In this document: positions 1-12,565 of the stretch, in pieces
Position numbering within the stretch: the stretch's first letter is position 1
Layout: the number at the start of each line of letters is the position of its first letter
NCBI RefSeq assembly: GCF_009914755.1
Contig: NC_060926.1
Strand: one strand, 5' to 3'
DNA from: the human T2T-CHM13v2.0 reference genome, Homo sapiens
DNA: 64,000 bases
Position numbers and translations under genes: made by a program
The notes under the pieces: model-generated
Told to the model about the DNA's origin: nothing
The model's input: the letters and a program-made list of their open reading frames with translations, nothing else
Databases searched by the model: none

Positions 1-2
1 GT

Positions 3-341
<339 letters not shown>

Positions 342-1942
342 TAAAGTCTGTTTTATCAGAGACTAGGATTGCAACCCCTGCTTTTTTTGCTTTCCATTTG
401 CTTGGTAAATATTCCTCCATCCCTTTATTTTGAACCTATGTGCATCTTTGCACGTGAGATGTGTCTCCTGAACACAGACTCTGATGGATCTTGACTCTTT
501 ATCCAATTCTCCCATCTGTGTCATTTAATTGGGGCATTTAGCCTGTTTACATTTAAGGTTAATATTGTTATGTGTGAATTTGATCCTGTCATTATGATTC
601 TAGCTGGTCATTTTGTCCATTAATTGATGCAGTTTCTACATAGTGTTGATGGTCTTTCTTTACAATTTGGTATGATTTTGCAGGTGCTGGTACCAGTTTT
701 TCCTTTCTATATTTAGTGCTTCCTTCAGGAGCACTTGTAAGGCAGGCTTGATGGTGATAAAATCTGTCACCATTTGTTTGTTTGTAAAGGATTTCATTTC
801 TCCTTCTGCTTATGAAGCTTAGTTTGGCTGGAGATGAAATTCTGGGTTGAAAATTCTTTTCTTTAAGAATGTTGAATATTGGCCCCCACTATCTTTTGGC
901 TTGTAAGGTTTCTGCAGAAAGATCTGCTGTTAGTCTGAGGGACTCCCCTTTGGGGGTAACCTGACCTTTTTCTCTAGCTGCCCTTAAAACTTTTCCTTCA
1001 TTTCAACCTTGATGAATCTGACAACTTTTGTATGCTTCATGAAGTTCTTGTGCTATGTTTTTCGCTCCATCAGGTTATTTATGTTCTTCTCTAAACTGGT
1101 TATTCTAATTAGCAATTCCTCTAACCTGTTTTCAAGGTTCTTAGTTGCCTTGCACTGGGTTAGAACATGCTCCTTTAGCTCGGAGCAGTTTGTTATTACC
1201 CACCTTCTGAAGACTACTTCTGTCAGTTTATCAAACTCACTCTCCGTCCAGTTTTGTTCCCTTGCTGGTGAGGAGTTGTGATCCTTTTGAGGAGAAGAGG
1301 TTTCTGTTTTTTGGAATTTTTAGCCATTTTGCACTAGTTTTTCCTCATCTTCATGGATTTACCTACCTTTGGTCTTTGTTGTTGGTCACCTTTGGATGGG
1401 GTTTCTGTGGACATCCTTTTTGTTGATGTTAATGCTATTCCTTTCTCTTTGTTAGTTTTTCTTCTAACAGTCAGGCCCCTCTGCTGCAGGTCTGCTGGAG
1501 TTTGCTGGAAGTCCTCTCCAGACCCTGTTTGCATGGGTATCACCAGTGGAGGCTGCTGAACAGCAAAGATTGCTGCCTGTTTCTTCCTCTGAAAGCTTTG
1601 TCCCAGAGGGGCACCCACCAGATGCCAGCCAGAGCCATCCTATATGAGGTGTCTGCCAACCCCTGCTGGGAGATGTCTCCCAGTCAGGAGGAACAGGGGT
1701 CAGTGACCCACTTAAGGAGGCAGTCTATACTGGGAGAGCTAGGATGCTGTACTGGGAGAGCCGCTGCTCTCTTAGAGCCAGCAGGCAGGAACGTTTAAGT
1801 CTGCTGAAGCTGTGCCCACAGCTACCCCTCCCTGCAGGTGCTCCGTCCCAGGGCGATGGGAGTTTTATCTATAAGCCTCTAACTGGGGTTGCTGCCTTTC
1901 TTTTAGAGATGCCCTGCCCAGAGAGGAGGAATCTAGAGAAGC
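342..1942 (-). mobile_element. LINE-1 (older L1PA, about PA7/PA8): partial 5'UTR, internally deleted ORF1 and ORF2 EN start
   Basis: Minus-strand translation KKAGVAILVSDKTDF (ORF2 EN). ORF1 sequence is the reverse complement of 13460-14470. 5'UTR motifs at 1355-1940. Confidence 0.92.
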
Positions 1943-2732
1943 CTCTTTTTCCTTTTAATAAAATATTTTATGGAGTTTTCAGAGCATGCTCATATTCATC
2001 TCATCTGATCTTTACAACATCTCAGTGAAGTTAGTTAGTCAAGGGTTCTCACTTCCATTTTTAGATAAGGGACACATGGTTCTTGGGGAGTTGAGTGGGA
2101 TGGGGGACTGGGGTTTTGACTCTAAGCCCTATGCTTTTTCTTTTTTTTTCATTATAGTGCAATGATACTTTAGGTCTCTGTTTCCTTACTTCAAACTAAT
2201 GATAAATATACCTAGTTTGCCAAGTTATCAAGTTGTTGTAGGAATGACAAGACATTGCTGAGTTTTGACAACTATGACTAATCAAAGCCATATGTAATTG
2301 TGAAATAATTTTCTTGCTTTTGTCAAACCCAAGAGCTCCTTTTTTCAGATCAAAAAGTCTTCCTCTACTTTCTTCAACAGAAAATGGCCAAAACTGATGC
2401 ATGTGTACAGAGTCCTGGAGTTCCCCATGTGAAAACATTTAGGAATAAACTCTCTTAAAGAAAAAATGGAAGGTCATTAAAAAGCAACCAAATAGTAAAT
2501 CCGATTTGGCTTTATACAGAGACTGTGATCAAATTTATTTTTTAATGATGAATGATTGGTTTGCTTGAATGTAGTTCTATTTTCTCACTCATTGATAAAT
2601 ATTCCCCTCTTACTTTTGAATTAGTTCTGCTATATAGGATTATGATTTTTAAGAACAGAAGTACAAAAATAAACAGATATTTTATATGCCAAAATTGGTT
2701 ATGACCAGAGCCTTGTTTTCAAAAATTAGAGA

Positions 2733-3003
2733 AATTTTCCAGTAAAGGACCAGAAATATGGTCTCTGTCAAGAATTCTCATGTCTACCATTGTAGAGTGT
2801 AAAAATAGCCATGAGAAATATATGAGTGAATGGGTGTGTTCCAAAAAAACTTTATTTATGAACACTGAAATGTGAATTTCATAAAATTTTCATATGTAAT
2901 GAAATGCTATTTATTTTTTCAACCACTTAAAAATGGAAAAACCATTCTTAACTTATGGTCATACAAAAACAGATGATTGGCTGGATTTGGCACATGGGCC
3001 ATG
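2733..3003 (+). mobile_element. MER58B-like hAT-Charlie DNA transposon fossil
   Basis: ttttccagtaaaggaccag...gtgttccaaaaaaactttatttatgaacactgaaatgtgaatttcat...ctggatttggcacatgggcc resembles the MER58 consensus. Confidence 0.75.
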
Positions 3004-3911
3004 TTCAACACTAAACTAAAGCACCAAACACTCATTGTTGCTGGAGACACTGCTCAGTTCCAATTATTCTTGGAGCTGGAAAAGGATTTCTAGGGAGTTT
3101 TTTCTCACAACACAAATTTTCAGCACTAATGTCAGCAAAAGCAATACTTTAAAGCAGGGATCTAAAAGTTAGTTGGTCATCTTGTTGTAAGAAAAGTAGA
3201 AGTATTTCCTTGTCAGTAAGTTAGAGATCCCAGCTTACATTCAAAAGAGAAAGATTATTGAGCATAATTTGGCATAGAGCTGGCAAAATCTTGGAGCAAA
3301 GGCTTTAACAATCTCACAGGGCTTAGTGCATTTCCACTCTCAATTTGGTGCTCAATAAGTTTCTGTTGAATTAATTGGAATTCCCACGAAGTTTCTAAGT
3401 TTTTGCTTATAATGTAGAACAAAGTGAATATAGACTATAATTGTCTGTTTAGAAGACAAAGGGTTAATGAAATGAACCTTTTGGTTCATTTAGAAATGAA
3501 CTCTTTACTGCCACTTGATGAAGGTTGATTAAGAAAGACTTAAATGACAGTGAGGTTTTACAAAACTGCTGGCAGTAGGGCAAGGTGTGCACAATATCTA
3601 AATGATTAGCTATTATGAGCATGATAATACCCATGACTAAGCTAATTTGTGGCTATAAATTGGATATTTATGGAACCTGTTAAATTATTTCAGATCTCCA
3701 GTGTGTAATTCAATCACAATGAAGCAGCTAATTATTGCTATGTCCTATTATCTAAGAAGTTCAAACCTATTCCAAACTTCTTTGACTCACAGTCAATACC
3801 ATGACATTTTAGTACCTAACTTATCTTTGTGTTTTTCATGTGCGTTACTTTTATTTGTTCAACTACATCACAAGTTTCTTTTGAGCAGGGTCATATTACA
3901 TAAATAGGAGC

Positions 3912-4165
3912 AACATAATGGTTAGGAGCAGGGCTGTAAACTCAGATTGCTAGGGTTCAAATTCTGCTTTGGCATTTACTAGAAATGCAATCTGGAGCAC
4001 ATTACCTAGTCTCTCTTTGATCTTAGTTTATTTATTTGTAAACAGCAATAATAATAAAGGTATCTACCTGACTGAGTTGGATTGCTGGGAGAGCTAAATG
4101 TATCAATGCATGTAGGCACTCAGAGCAGTTGCTGGTACACGGTAAGTCTTAGATAAATGCCGGTT
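3912..4165 (+). mobile_element. MIR SINE
   Basis: ataatggttaggagcagggct...gggttcaaattctgct...tttgtaaa...ataataaaggtatctacct...ctggtacacggtaagt is MIR core and tail. Confidence 0.8.
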
Positions 4166-4214
4166 AAAAATATGCCTTTGGGTCCTAGTCTGAGGCTATA
4201 AAATCCTATTTATA

Positions 4215-4795
4215 AGCTGATGATTTCTCCAGTCCTGATCTTTCCAGTGAACCCCATATAAGTTATCCACTTGGAATATTTACACATCTCCACTTGGAAA
4301 TCAAATACACATCTCAAAAGTATCATACCCACAAAACACACTTGATTTCTTTTCCACCCCAAACCTATTCTCCCTTAGTGTTTCCCATCCTGATATAATC
4401 CACCCCAAACCTATTCTCCCTTAGTGTTTCCCATCCTGATATAAAGACCAGCTTTAGACTTCAGGCTAAAACACAAATACAATCCTGCAATTTCCATCTT
4501 TAACCTCTTTCTTTTTCACATATTCCATATCCTCTCCGTTAGCCTATTCTGTGAGTTCTATAACATATATCTAAATCCAACTAACGCATCAGTTTGCCTA
4601 TCCTGCTAGTCTGTATCATAATGATTTCTTTCTTAGGCTATGATTGCAGGCACCTCCTAACTGGTCTTCCTTCTTCTGTCCACAATCCTCTACCATTGAT
4701 TTCCCACACACTAGCCAGAGTGCTGCATGCACAGCACCCACACAGTCACACAGTTCCTGGTACATGGTAAGAGTTCAAACTGAAGGAATGTTTGA
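4215..4795 (+). mobile_element. L2 LINE fragment
   Basis: L2 3' motifs (catctccacttggaaatcaaatacacatctcaaa, cctcctaactggtcttcc, cctggtacatggtaagagttcaaa). Confidence 0.7.
4353..4444 (+). repeat. Perfect 46-bp tandem duplication
   Basis: tccaccccaaacctattctcccttagtgtttcccatcctgatataa at 4353-4398 and 4399-4444. Confidence 0.97.
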
Positions 4796-5495
4796 TTGGA
4801 ATATTTGGAAGCTAATTTATGTATAACCATATGATAGGCACTAAGAGAATTTGATTAAAAGTGATGTAAAATTCTCAATAGTCTCTGCCTTTTAAAATTA
4901 TTGAAATAAGTAATTCCTTTACAAGTGAAATCAGAAGAAGATAGAAATGCGTAATTTGGAAGGTTTCTTCAGACTATAAAATTCTGAGTCCATGATTTGT
5001 TAAAAGCTGCAAGGCTAAGAATATGACAGATAATTCAACCTAGATGAATTTTTTACTGGAATATTCTTGAAAAGAGTACTGGATTGGGAAGCTCTTGTTT
5101 AACAAACCCTGCATTTGTACAAGAAAGGTTAATTTGTGAGTCCTACACTTATACCAAACATATATATTTTATATTCATGCAGTTTGTCAGGACATATTAT
5201 TTTATAAAAAAAGAAAAGAAAAACTCCTTCCTTAATTAGATCTTTCAGAAGTTAAGGTAGAAAAACAATTTGTGTCAAATTATGAATCTCCAAATATTTT
5301 CTTTTGCAGTACTGCTCTAGCCTATAAATCTTTTATTCAAGTATCTTTTTAAAAGTTAAAGTGTTTAGTATAATTTTTTAACTGTGAAGTTTTTCATTTT
5401 TATGTATTTATTTTTAAGATGATGTTTAAGTGTTTAAAGGCTTAGGCCTAGGATGTTTTAAATATTAAGCCCTGATTCTCCTCATTTCTCTATAG

Positions 5496-5555
5496 TGAAT
5501 TTTGACCAGACTGAGACATACTACAAAGGACAGTTGCCAGAAACAACACCCAAAG
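5496..5555 (+). other. Candidate 60-nt internal exon
   Basis: Pyrimidine tract ttctcctcatttctctatAG, then 60 nt, then aag|GTatat. Open only in phase 1 (NFDQTETYYKGQLPETTPK). Confidence 0.35.
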
Positions 5556-5929
5556 GTATATTTTAAGCTGGCATTTATTGATGGCTAGAGAATAAGGGGC
5601 TTGTTAGGTCATAGCATGCTGCTGAGGGCTGATAGGTCTATATCTCTTCCTGGGACACTTTCAGTCTGCAGCCCCTCTCCTGTCTATCCCATTTTTTCTT
5701 CAGTGCCAGAGAGAGGTACATGATTTTTGTATCCAGAAAATCCAGAGACCCTTTTCTTTTGACTATAAGTAAGGAGACTATGAATAGACATGGGGGAAAA
5801 ATGAAAATTAAAGGAAGAATGGAAAAAGATAAGGAGAAAATGGTAGTCAGAAGAGGAAAGAAAAACAAAGAAAAGGAAGAAAGAAAATAGATTAGCTCTC
5901 AACTTCTGAACAATATAGATAAAACTAAT

Positions 5930-5992
5930 TATATGTTTGTGTGTGTGTATATATATGTGGTGTGTATATATGTTTGTGTGTGTGTGTGTGTA

Positions 5993-6026
<34 letters not shown>

Positions 6027-6056
6027 ATATATATATGGTGTCTGTGTGTGTGCACA
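5930..6056. repeat. Compound (TG)n/(TA)n microsatellite
   Basis: Alternating gtgtgt and tatata runs seen directly. Confidence 0.95.
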
Positions 6057-6059
6057 CAA

Positions 6060-7226
6060 GTAGCCTACCTCTGTCTGCCTAGAGACCTTGAAACAATGCT
6101 GTACCTATAGCAAAGCACACACCTAGAACCCAGATGATCTTGATCTATAATCATAATCTCCACTAAAAGGAATCAGATCCAGGGCTTCTTGGAGAGATGA
6201 CTGATTGTGGAATTTGGGAAGGAAAGAACAAGACGAGCCTGGAACATTTTGTGACAGACAGTAAGAAGATGTCCAAGGAATGACAGACCCATGTCAAAAG
6301 AACATAGGAACCAGCTCGAAGGGACTTCCACTGGACAGATTTGAGAACGATTTCAGCATCAAAATATAACAACAACAATAATAATTGTAATAATTACAAT
6401 TCATTATATAAAATAAGAATTCACGAGTCCATTCTTATATTAATTTCCAAAACATGCAAATAGATAAGTGAAAGCTGCTTTTCTTGACAGTAGAGTGCCA
6501 ACCAATTAATGTAGAAGAAATGGTGGATGCTAAAACTGGTGGATAAAATTCTTGACAAGAACTGGTATATTTGCATAGGCTTAAAGTATCCCAAACAAAT
6601 TCTTTATTAATTACAAAGACAAAAAAACTTTTCAGTGGAAAAAGTGCTGTATACCAAAGTAAGCTTTGTTACTACTGGGCACACTAATATCAAATATTTT
6701 CAGATATGATCAAGAGAAGGACAAGCTATCACTTCCACAGAAGTCTTGCCAAAGCCAATGACCTGAATTTAATCATGAGGAAACATCAACCAAACCCAAA
6801 GCAAGAAGCATCCTATGAAGTAATTGACAAGTACCCTTCAAAATTGTCAAGCTCATGAAGGATTAAAAGACAGAGGAAAGCTTCTAGATGAACGGAAATT
6901 AAAGAGATTTGACAACTAAATAAAATATATGTTCCTTGGTTGGATCCTCAACTTAAGGAAAAAATGGCTGTAAAGAACATTATTGGAACAATTGAAAAAA
7001 TTTGGATATGAATTCTGGATTGGTATCTTAGTATCTGTGGGCTGCCACAACAAAATACCATATTCTGGGTCGTTTAAACAACAGAAATTCATTTTTTCAC
7101 AATTCTGGTGGCTAAAAGTCTAAGATTAGAGTGTCGCCTGGTTGTTTTCTGATGAGGGCTCTTCCTTTGGGTTACAGAGCCACCATCTTGCTGTGTGCTC
7201 ACATGACCTCTTCTTTGTATGCACAG

Positions 7227-7261
<35 letters not shown>

Positions 7262-7730
7262 AGAGAGAGAGAGAGCAAGAGAGAGTCCTGGTTCACCAAT
7301 CTCATTGGACCAGGGCCCCAGGGCCTCATCCTCATAACCTCATCTAAGCCTAACCACCTCCCAAAGGCCCCATCTCCAAACACCATCACATTGAGGGTTA
7401 GGACTTCAACATATGAATCTGTGTGGGGGACACAAGCATTCGGTACATAATCTTCAGGTATCAAAGTTAAGTTTCTTGATTGTGATAACTATGCAGGCGT
7501 TCTGTAAGAGAATGTCCTTGCTCTTAAGCAAATCACCCTAAAATTTTTAGGGGTAAAGAAACATATTGACTCCAGCTTACTGTCATGGTTCAGAAAAAAA
7601 AATGTACATATACATACACAAATAGAAAAAAAGAAATTAGGCAAAAAAGTAAATACTTGTAGAATCTGGGTAATGAGTGTAATGGGATTTCCTTGTACAT
7701 CAAAATAAAAGGTACAAAAAATGTTATTCA
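6060..7730 (+). mobile_element. Ancient L1M (L1MC/L1MD-type) 3' region, interrupted by a MaLR LTR
   Basis: L1MC-type 3'UTR motifs (actaaaaggaatcag...agggcttcttggagagatg, aatcatgaggaaacatca, gagaatgtccttgctctta). Confidence 0.7.
7024..7452 (-). mobile_element. MaLR solo LTR (MLT1A/MSTD-like) containing (CA)n(GA)n
   Basis: gggctgccacaacaaaataccata...aaacaacagaaattc...aggccccatctccaaacaccatcacattgagggttaggacttcaacatatgaat. Confidence 0.85.
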
Positions 7731-8238
7731 AAAGGATTCTTGGAGCTACAAGGTAGATTCTTATTATCCTTCATCAACCAACCTATTACTACTTATCCAG
7801 GGAGTTAGCAAGCTTTCTCCATGTTATTTAATCTTCTTTCTGAAAATGTTGATTAATCTTCTGGCTTTCATAGAATAAAAATCTGAAAGTCATCAGGTTC
7901 TCAGCATCTGTGATATTAGGTTAACAAGAGTAATGCAACACTTTGATAAGATATAATTTCATAGAAAAAATACAAAGTCCTGCATTTGAATTTAAAAAAT
8001 CAATTGTTTTGGAACAAAATTAAAGATAGCTAACAACTGCTCACCTGAAAAATCAGAGTTCATAAGCAAGTGCAATATAAAATATTAAAATGTATATGTA
8101 ATTGTACATGTGAATGTACATAATGTAATTTTCTATGTGAATGTAATTATACTTAGTCATAATTTTTGGATTTTCTTTTAAAGGCATCAGTGTATCAGTT
8201 AGTACTTGACAATAATTCTTTATGGCATCGTTGTTTAG

Positions 8239-8535
<297 letters not shown>

Positions 8536-9150
8536 CACTGTTTAGTCTTAATGTGATTATTCACATATTTCTATTTTCATTGAAAATGTAATTCTTAATA
8601 AAGCACCTTTCTTTCAAAATATAAACATTTTTTCTCTCTCTGTAGAAAACAATAACATACAAAAATAGGGGCTTACTTTCACCTTTTTTCAAAATCTTAA
8701 TGACTTACAAAATTATGTAGTTTATTTTCTATGCCTTCTTTTCAAACTACATGAATTTCAAATAACAAGAATATATGTATCCTCATTTTCTATTTGAGAT
8801 AAATGTGTTGGGTCTTAAAAACATAGAATATATATATTAAACGAAGTATTTATGTGAGCTATGGATAATCACGTTTATGCCCACACATGGTGGACTACTT
8901 GAAAAAATTGATTCCTCCCTAGGAGGAGAAAGGAATGATGGTTCTAGATTTTGCCTTAAGTCAGTAGTTCCAAATACAGATCTCCCTTGTACTGTCTTGA
9001 GGTCCCGAATGCTGTGCGCTCAATGCAGGGTTAGCTATTGAGGAGGTTTGGCAAATAGTGAGCTACTTTTTGAATTGAGTGTTGAAAATGATCTCAGCTA
9101 CCCCAAATATGGCCTATAGTTCCATTGCTCTCCCAATCACCTTGCAACAG

Positions 9151-9182
9151 ATAGAGTTTTATTTCATGGATTTGAGACCTTG
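9151..9182 (+). other. Candidate short exon with consensus donor
   Basis: ctctcccaatcaccttgcaacAG, then 32 nt, then ttg|GTGAGT. Confidence 0.2.
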
Positions 9183-9739
9183 GTGAGTTAAATATGGAAG
9201 GAGATGCAGTAAAGATTAGAAATGGGGGAAGGTATCCAGAAATGGCAGGATGGGTGGATGTGACAATAGTGTGAAGTGTGTGAACAGCAAGAGGACAATT
9301 CAGTATGTCCACGCTGCCAAGGAGGAACCCAAGGAAGAAAGGTGGATATGGAATTAGTGCAGGGTTTGCCCTAGTGAAGGGCTTGTGGAACAGAGATGCC
9401 CCACATCCAGCACACTTTGTGCTTTCAGGAATCATGTAGTCAGATGCTACCACTCGTGAAGCATTGGCACCATTGTAAATACATTGCCCACTTCGCATGA
9501 TTCTTTATTAAAACATCATGTGCCTCACAGAAGTAATATTTTATCTTTAAAATGCCTGTCCTGTCAACTTTGTCTCCTTAAACTTCCTATCACATCTTAA
9601 GATTTTTGCTACTATCTTTATTAGGCACAAATATCAAAGTTATACCTGCCTTATAAAAAATTGAACAGTTTTTCTTGGCTTTTAATATCCTGAGACAATT
9701 TAAAGAACATTGGGACTATCTGGTCTTGTTTTTGCTTGT

Positions 9740-9990
9740 CAAATCATAATTGTATACATTTATGAGATATAATGTGATATTTTGATATTTGCATACAATG
9801 TGGGATGATTAAATCAAGCTAATTAACATATCTAGCACCTCATTTACTTGTCCTTTTTTATGGTGAGACATTTAAAATTTATACTGTTATTATTTTGAAA
9901 TACTGTATACAAGACATTCTTCTTGACTATAGTCATCCCGCTATGCAATAGATCTCAAGGCCCATTTCTCCTGCCTATCTGAAACTATGT
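9740..9990 (-). mobile_element. L1MA-type 3' end fragment
   Basis: aattgtatacatttatgag...atgattaaatcaagctaattaacatatct...ctatagtcatcccgctatgcaatagatctc. Confidence 0.85.
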
Positions 9991-10016
9991 AACTCATTTT
10001 CCTTCTGTTTTTGCAG

Positions 10017-10123
10017 ATACTTCTCCCCTGGACCTTGTTCCCAGGCTCCGTGTGAAGCTGAACACTCCGCATGATCTCCCTGCCACCATAGCAAGCTATG
10101 AAGTTCATTACACATGCAGGTAG
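10017..10123 (+). other. Candidate exon (possibly start of a terminal exon)
   Basis: Strong acceptor ttttccttctgtttttgcAG at 10015-16. Phase-1 frame is open to TAG at 10121-10123. Possible donor cag|GTagca at 10120. ATTAAA at 10319. Confidence 0.4.
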
Positions 10124-12565
10124 CAGACAATACAGCTCTGCTTCCATTTCTGAGCACCTACGGTAGACTGCCATTATTCAGTGTGCCAGCCTGTTTCCAA
10201 GCCTACAATGTATAGTTCCTCTAGTACGTAAACTCATTTTTTTTCTCAGAGAGCCAAGTAGAGACACAGGCAGTTTTCTTCTCAAAATGTGCCAGAAATT
10301 CCAAAACAATCTCAAAGCATTAAAGGCTATGTGCACAAAGTACATGCAGTTGTAGAGTCCCTCTTTTGCAGAAACTTGCACCTCAGCCCACCAGCATTTC
10401 CTTGGTGCTTCTCCTCCTGACCCTCATCCTCATGCACAGACCATTGGATATTACTGCACTCACGTACTTGTGTACTTCTTTCTAACAGCTGACTGAAATC
10501 TTTCCTACATTTTCAGGGTGATGGGCAGAAAGTTTTTCTCAGGAAACATTGTAGGGAAGCTGGCAGGGGACAGTTATATATATGGGGAGGGTCACATTCT
10601 ATTATTCATGGGTTTCCGTGGTCACAGGGAGTCAGGGCCAGTTGGAAATGGAAAGGAAAAAGTTCATGTTAACACAGCTGAGGGCAAGGCTATGCCGTAA
10701 AGACCTGAGATGCTCCAGGAAAAGGTTCAGGATGCTTCCTTTTTGTCTTTCGATGAAACCAAAATCTACCATTTCTGTTTGAGAGTTTTGGGAAAGAGAT
10801 GGCAGGTGAGGAGGTTAGGGCATAGATGTGTGAATACTGCCACTATGAACCCCAAAGCACATTTGCCATGATTGGTCTAAAAATAAGATAATAATCCAAA
10901 TGTAGCTAAATATAGTCTACTATCTAGTTTCTCTCTTTTACGGTCTTTGGCTACCAGTGATCCTTTTTGCCTATGCCTTGGGGGACTTGGGAAGGACAAA
11001 GAAGAGAAAAGAATCAGTGTAACATTTAAACAACAGTGCAACCGTGCTGTGAGAGCCATCTCAACCTGATGTCCTAAGTAGCCAGTGTTTCCTTCGCAAC
11101 ACAACAATGGTAAACAAAGATGTTTTCTGGATGGCTGAAGCAAATGTGATTTTTATGCTCAGACCATCCCTCTGCCCTTAAGCCCCTACCATGGGTTAAA
11201 AAATTTTTTTTTTCTTTTTTCTTTTTGCTATGAATTTTCTACATGGAAATAGGTGAAGTGAGACATTATTTTCTTCTTCTGTTTATTTTTTGTTACCCAA
11301 TTTCAAAATGCTGGAAATTTTGTTGAAACACCACTCACTGCAGAGAATATAAGCTTGCATAATGAATTCTAAAATCCCCCTGTTGTGTGGCATTGCTAAG
11401 AATGCATGAGGGGAAATTCTGTTGTGTGAAATCCCAGGGTTATGACAAGTTTGACAAGATGAGCTTGATTGACCTTACCACATGTGGTTACACAGACCAA
11501 TCTACCATCGAGGTTCTCAAAAACAGATAAGGCACATGAGGAATGGCCCTCTTGAGAAGAACGCTGATTTGTTGTAACCTGAGTAGAAAAAATTAATCTG
11601 GGAGATTTTAAAACATTGTTTAATGAGTAAAATAATGTGATGTGAAGAATGATGGAGGACAGGGAAATATTTGGGGTTTTATAATTCCTCTCTAAGCCCC
11701 ACAGTAAAAATTACAAATCATTATTGTTTAGTAAAAATCATATGTATTTTAAAAAAATTCAACTGGGGCAGGAGGATGGGAAGAAATAAGTATATTCATT
11801 AAAATGTTTATTCGTGAGCTGTGGCTGTTTTTCATGAGCCACTGACATCTATTCTAATACACAGACAAAGAAAATCCCCAAAGGCAATGCTCAATGAGAT
11901 CTTGGCAATATTTTTCACTTAGGAAGGATTAATTTCTATGAAGGAAAGCTTTTTAAAAACATGAAATAATGAGCTCTAAATGTATGTCCTTGTCAGGCAC
12001 ATTAGCACAAATGGCTTGGACTATTTCCTAGAGGAAAATTAGATGCTTGGTGGGATGTAGGAGTAGAAGGAGTACATTTTGACTGGAGTCAAGATTGGGG
12101 AAAAATGATTGGGATTTAGGATTGGGTGAAGGTGAGCCTGAATGATCCTCAACTAACAAGCCAGGGTCAAAGACTGTGATCTGTAGAGAGAAAAAACTGC
12201 AAAGGGGAAGGAACTAGAGACCAGCGTTGTGTAAACCCTACTGTCCAGGATGAAGCTAATTTCTCTGCCTGCTGAATTACAGCCTAAAAAAGCAAATTCA
12301 GTTATTTGCAAGCTATGTTTCCCAGTCAAACTACTAAAACCCAATTCTATGATTACAAAGAAAGGGAGAAAGACAGAGACTGACTTTTGGCATCTAAAAA
12401 CACAAGTCTCCCACTACTCAATTGTGACTGCTCAGAGAGAACAACCCTCTGTCAATGGAAACTGAGAGGTTGTGGGAAAAATAATGTGATGATGGGCAAC
12501 AAGATGACAAAAAGAAGGAGAGGAGTTCGTAGAGATAAGAAGTGATCAGAGAAAAGAAAAACAAG

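Noticed and set aside
5684-6055. His/Thr/Ile-rich ORF, and similar ORFs at 7126-7464
   Set aside because: Translations of microsatellites and LTR sequence.
9094-9498. 134-aa minus-strand ORF in non-repeat sequence
   Set aside because: No recognisable domain or supporting splice/promoter structure, and the length is within chance for 64 kb.
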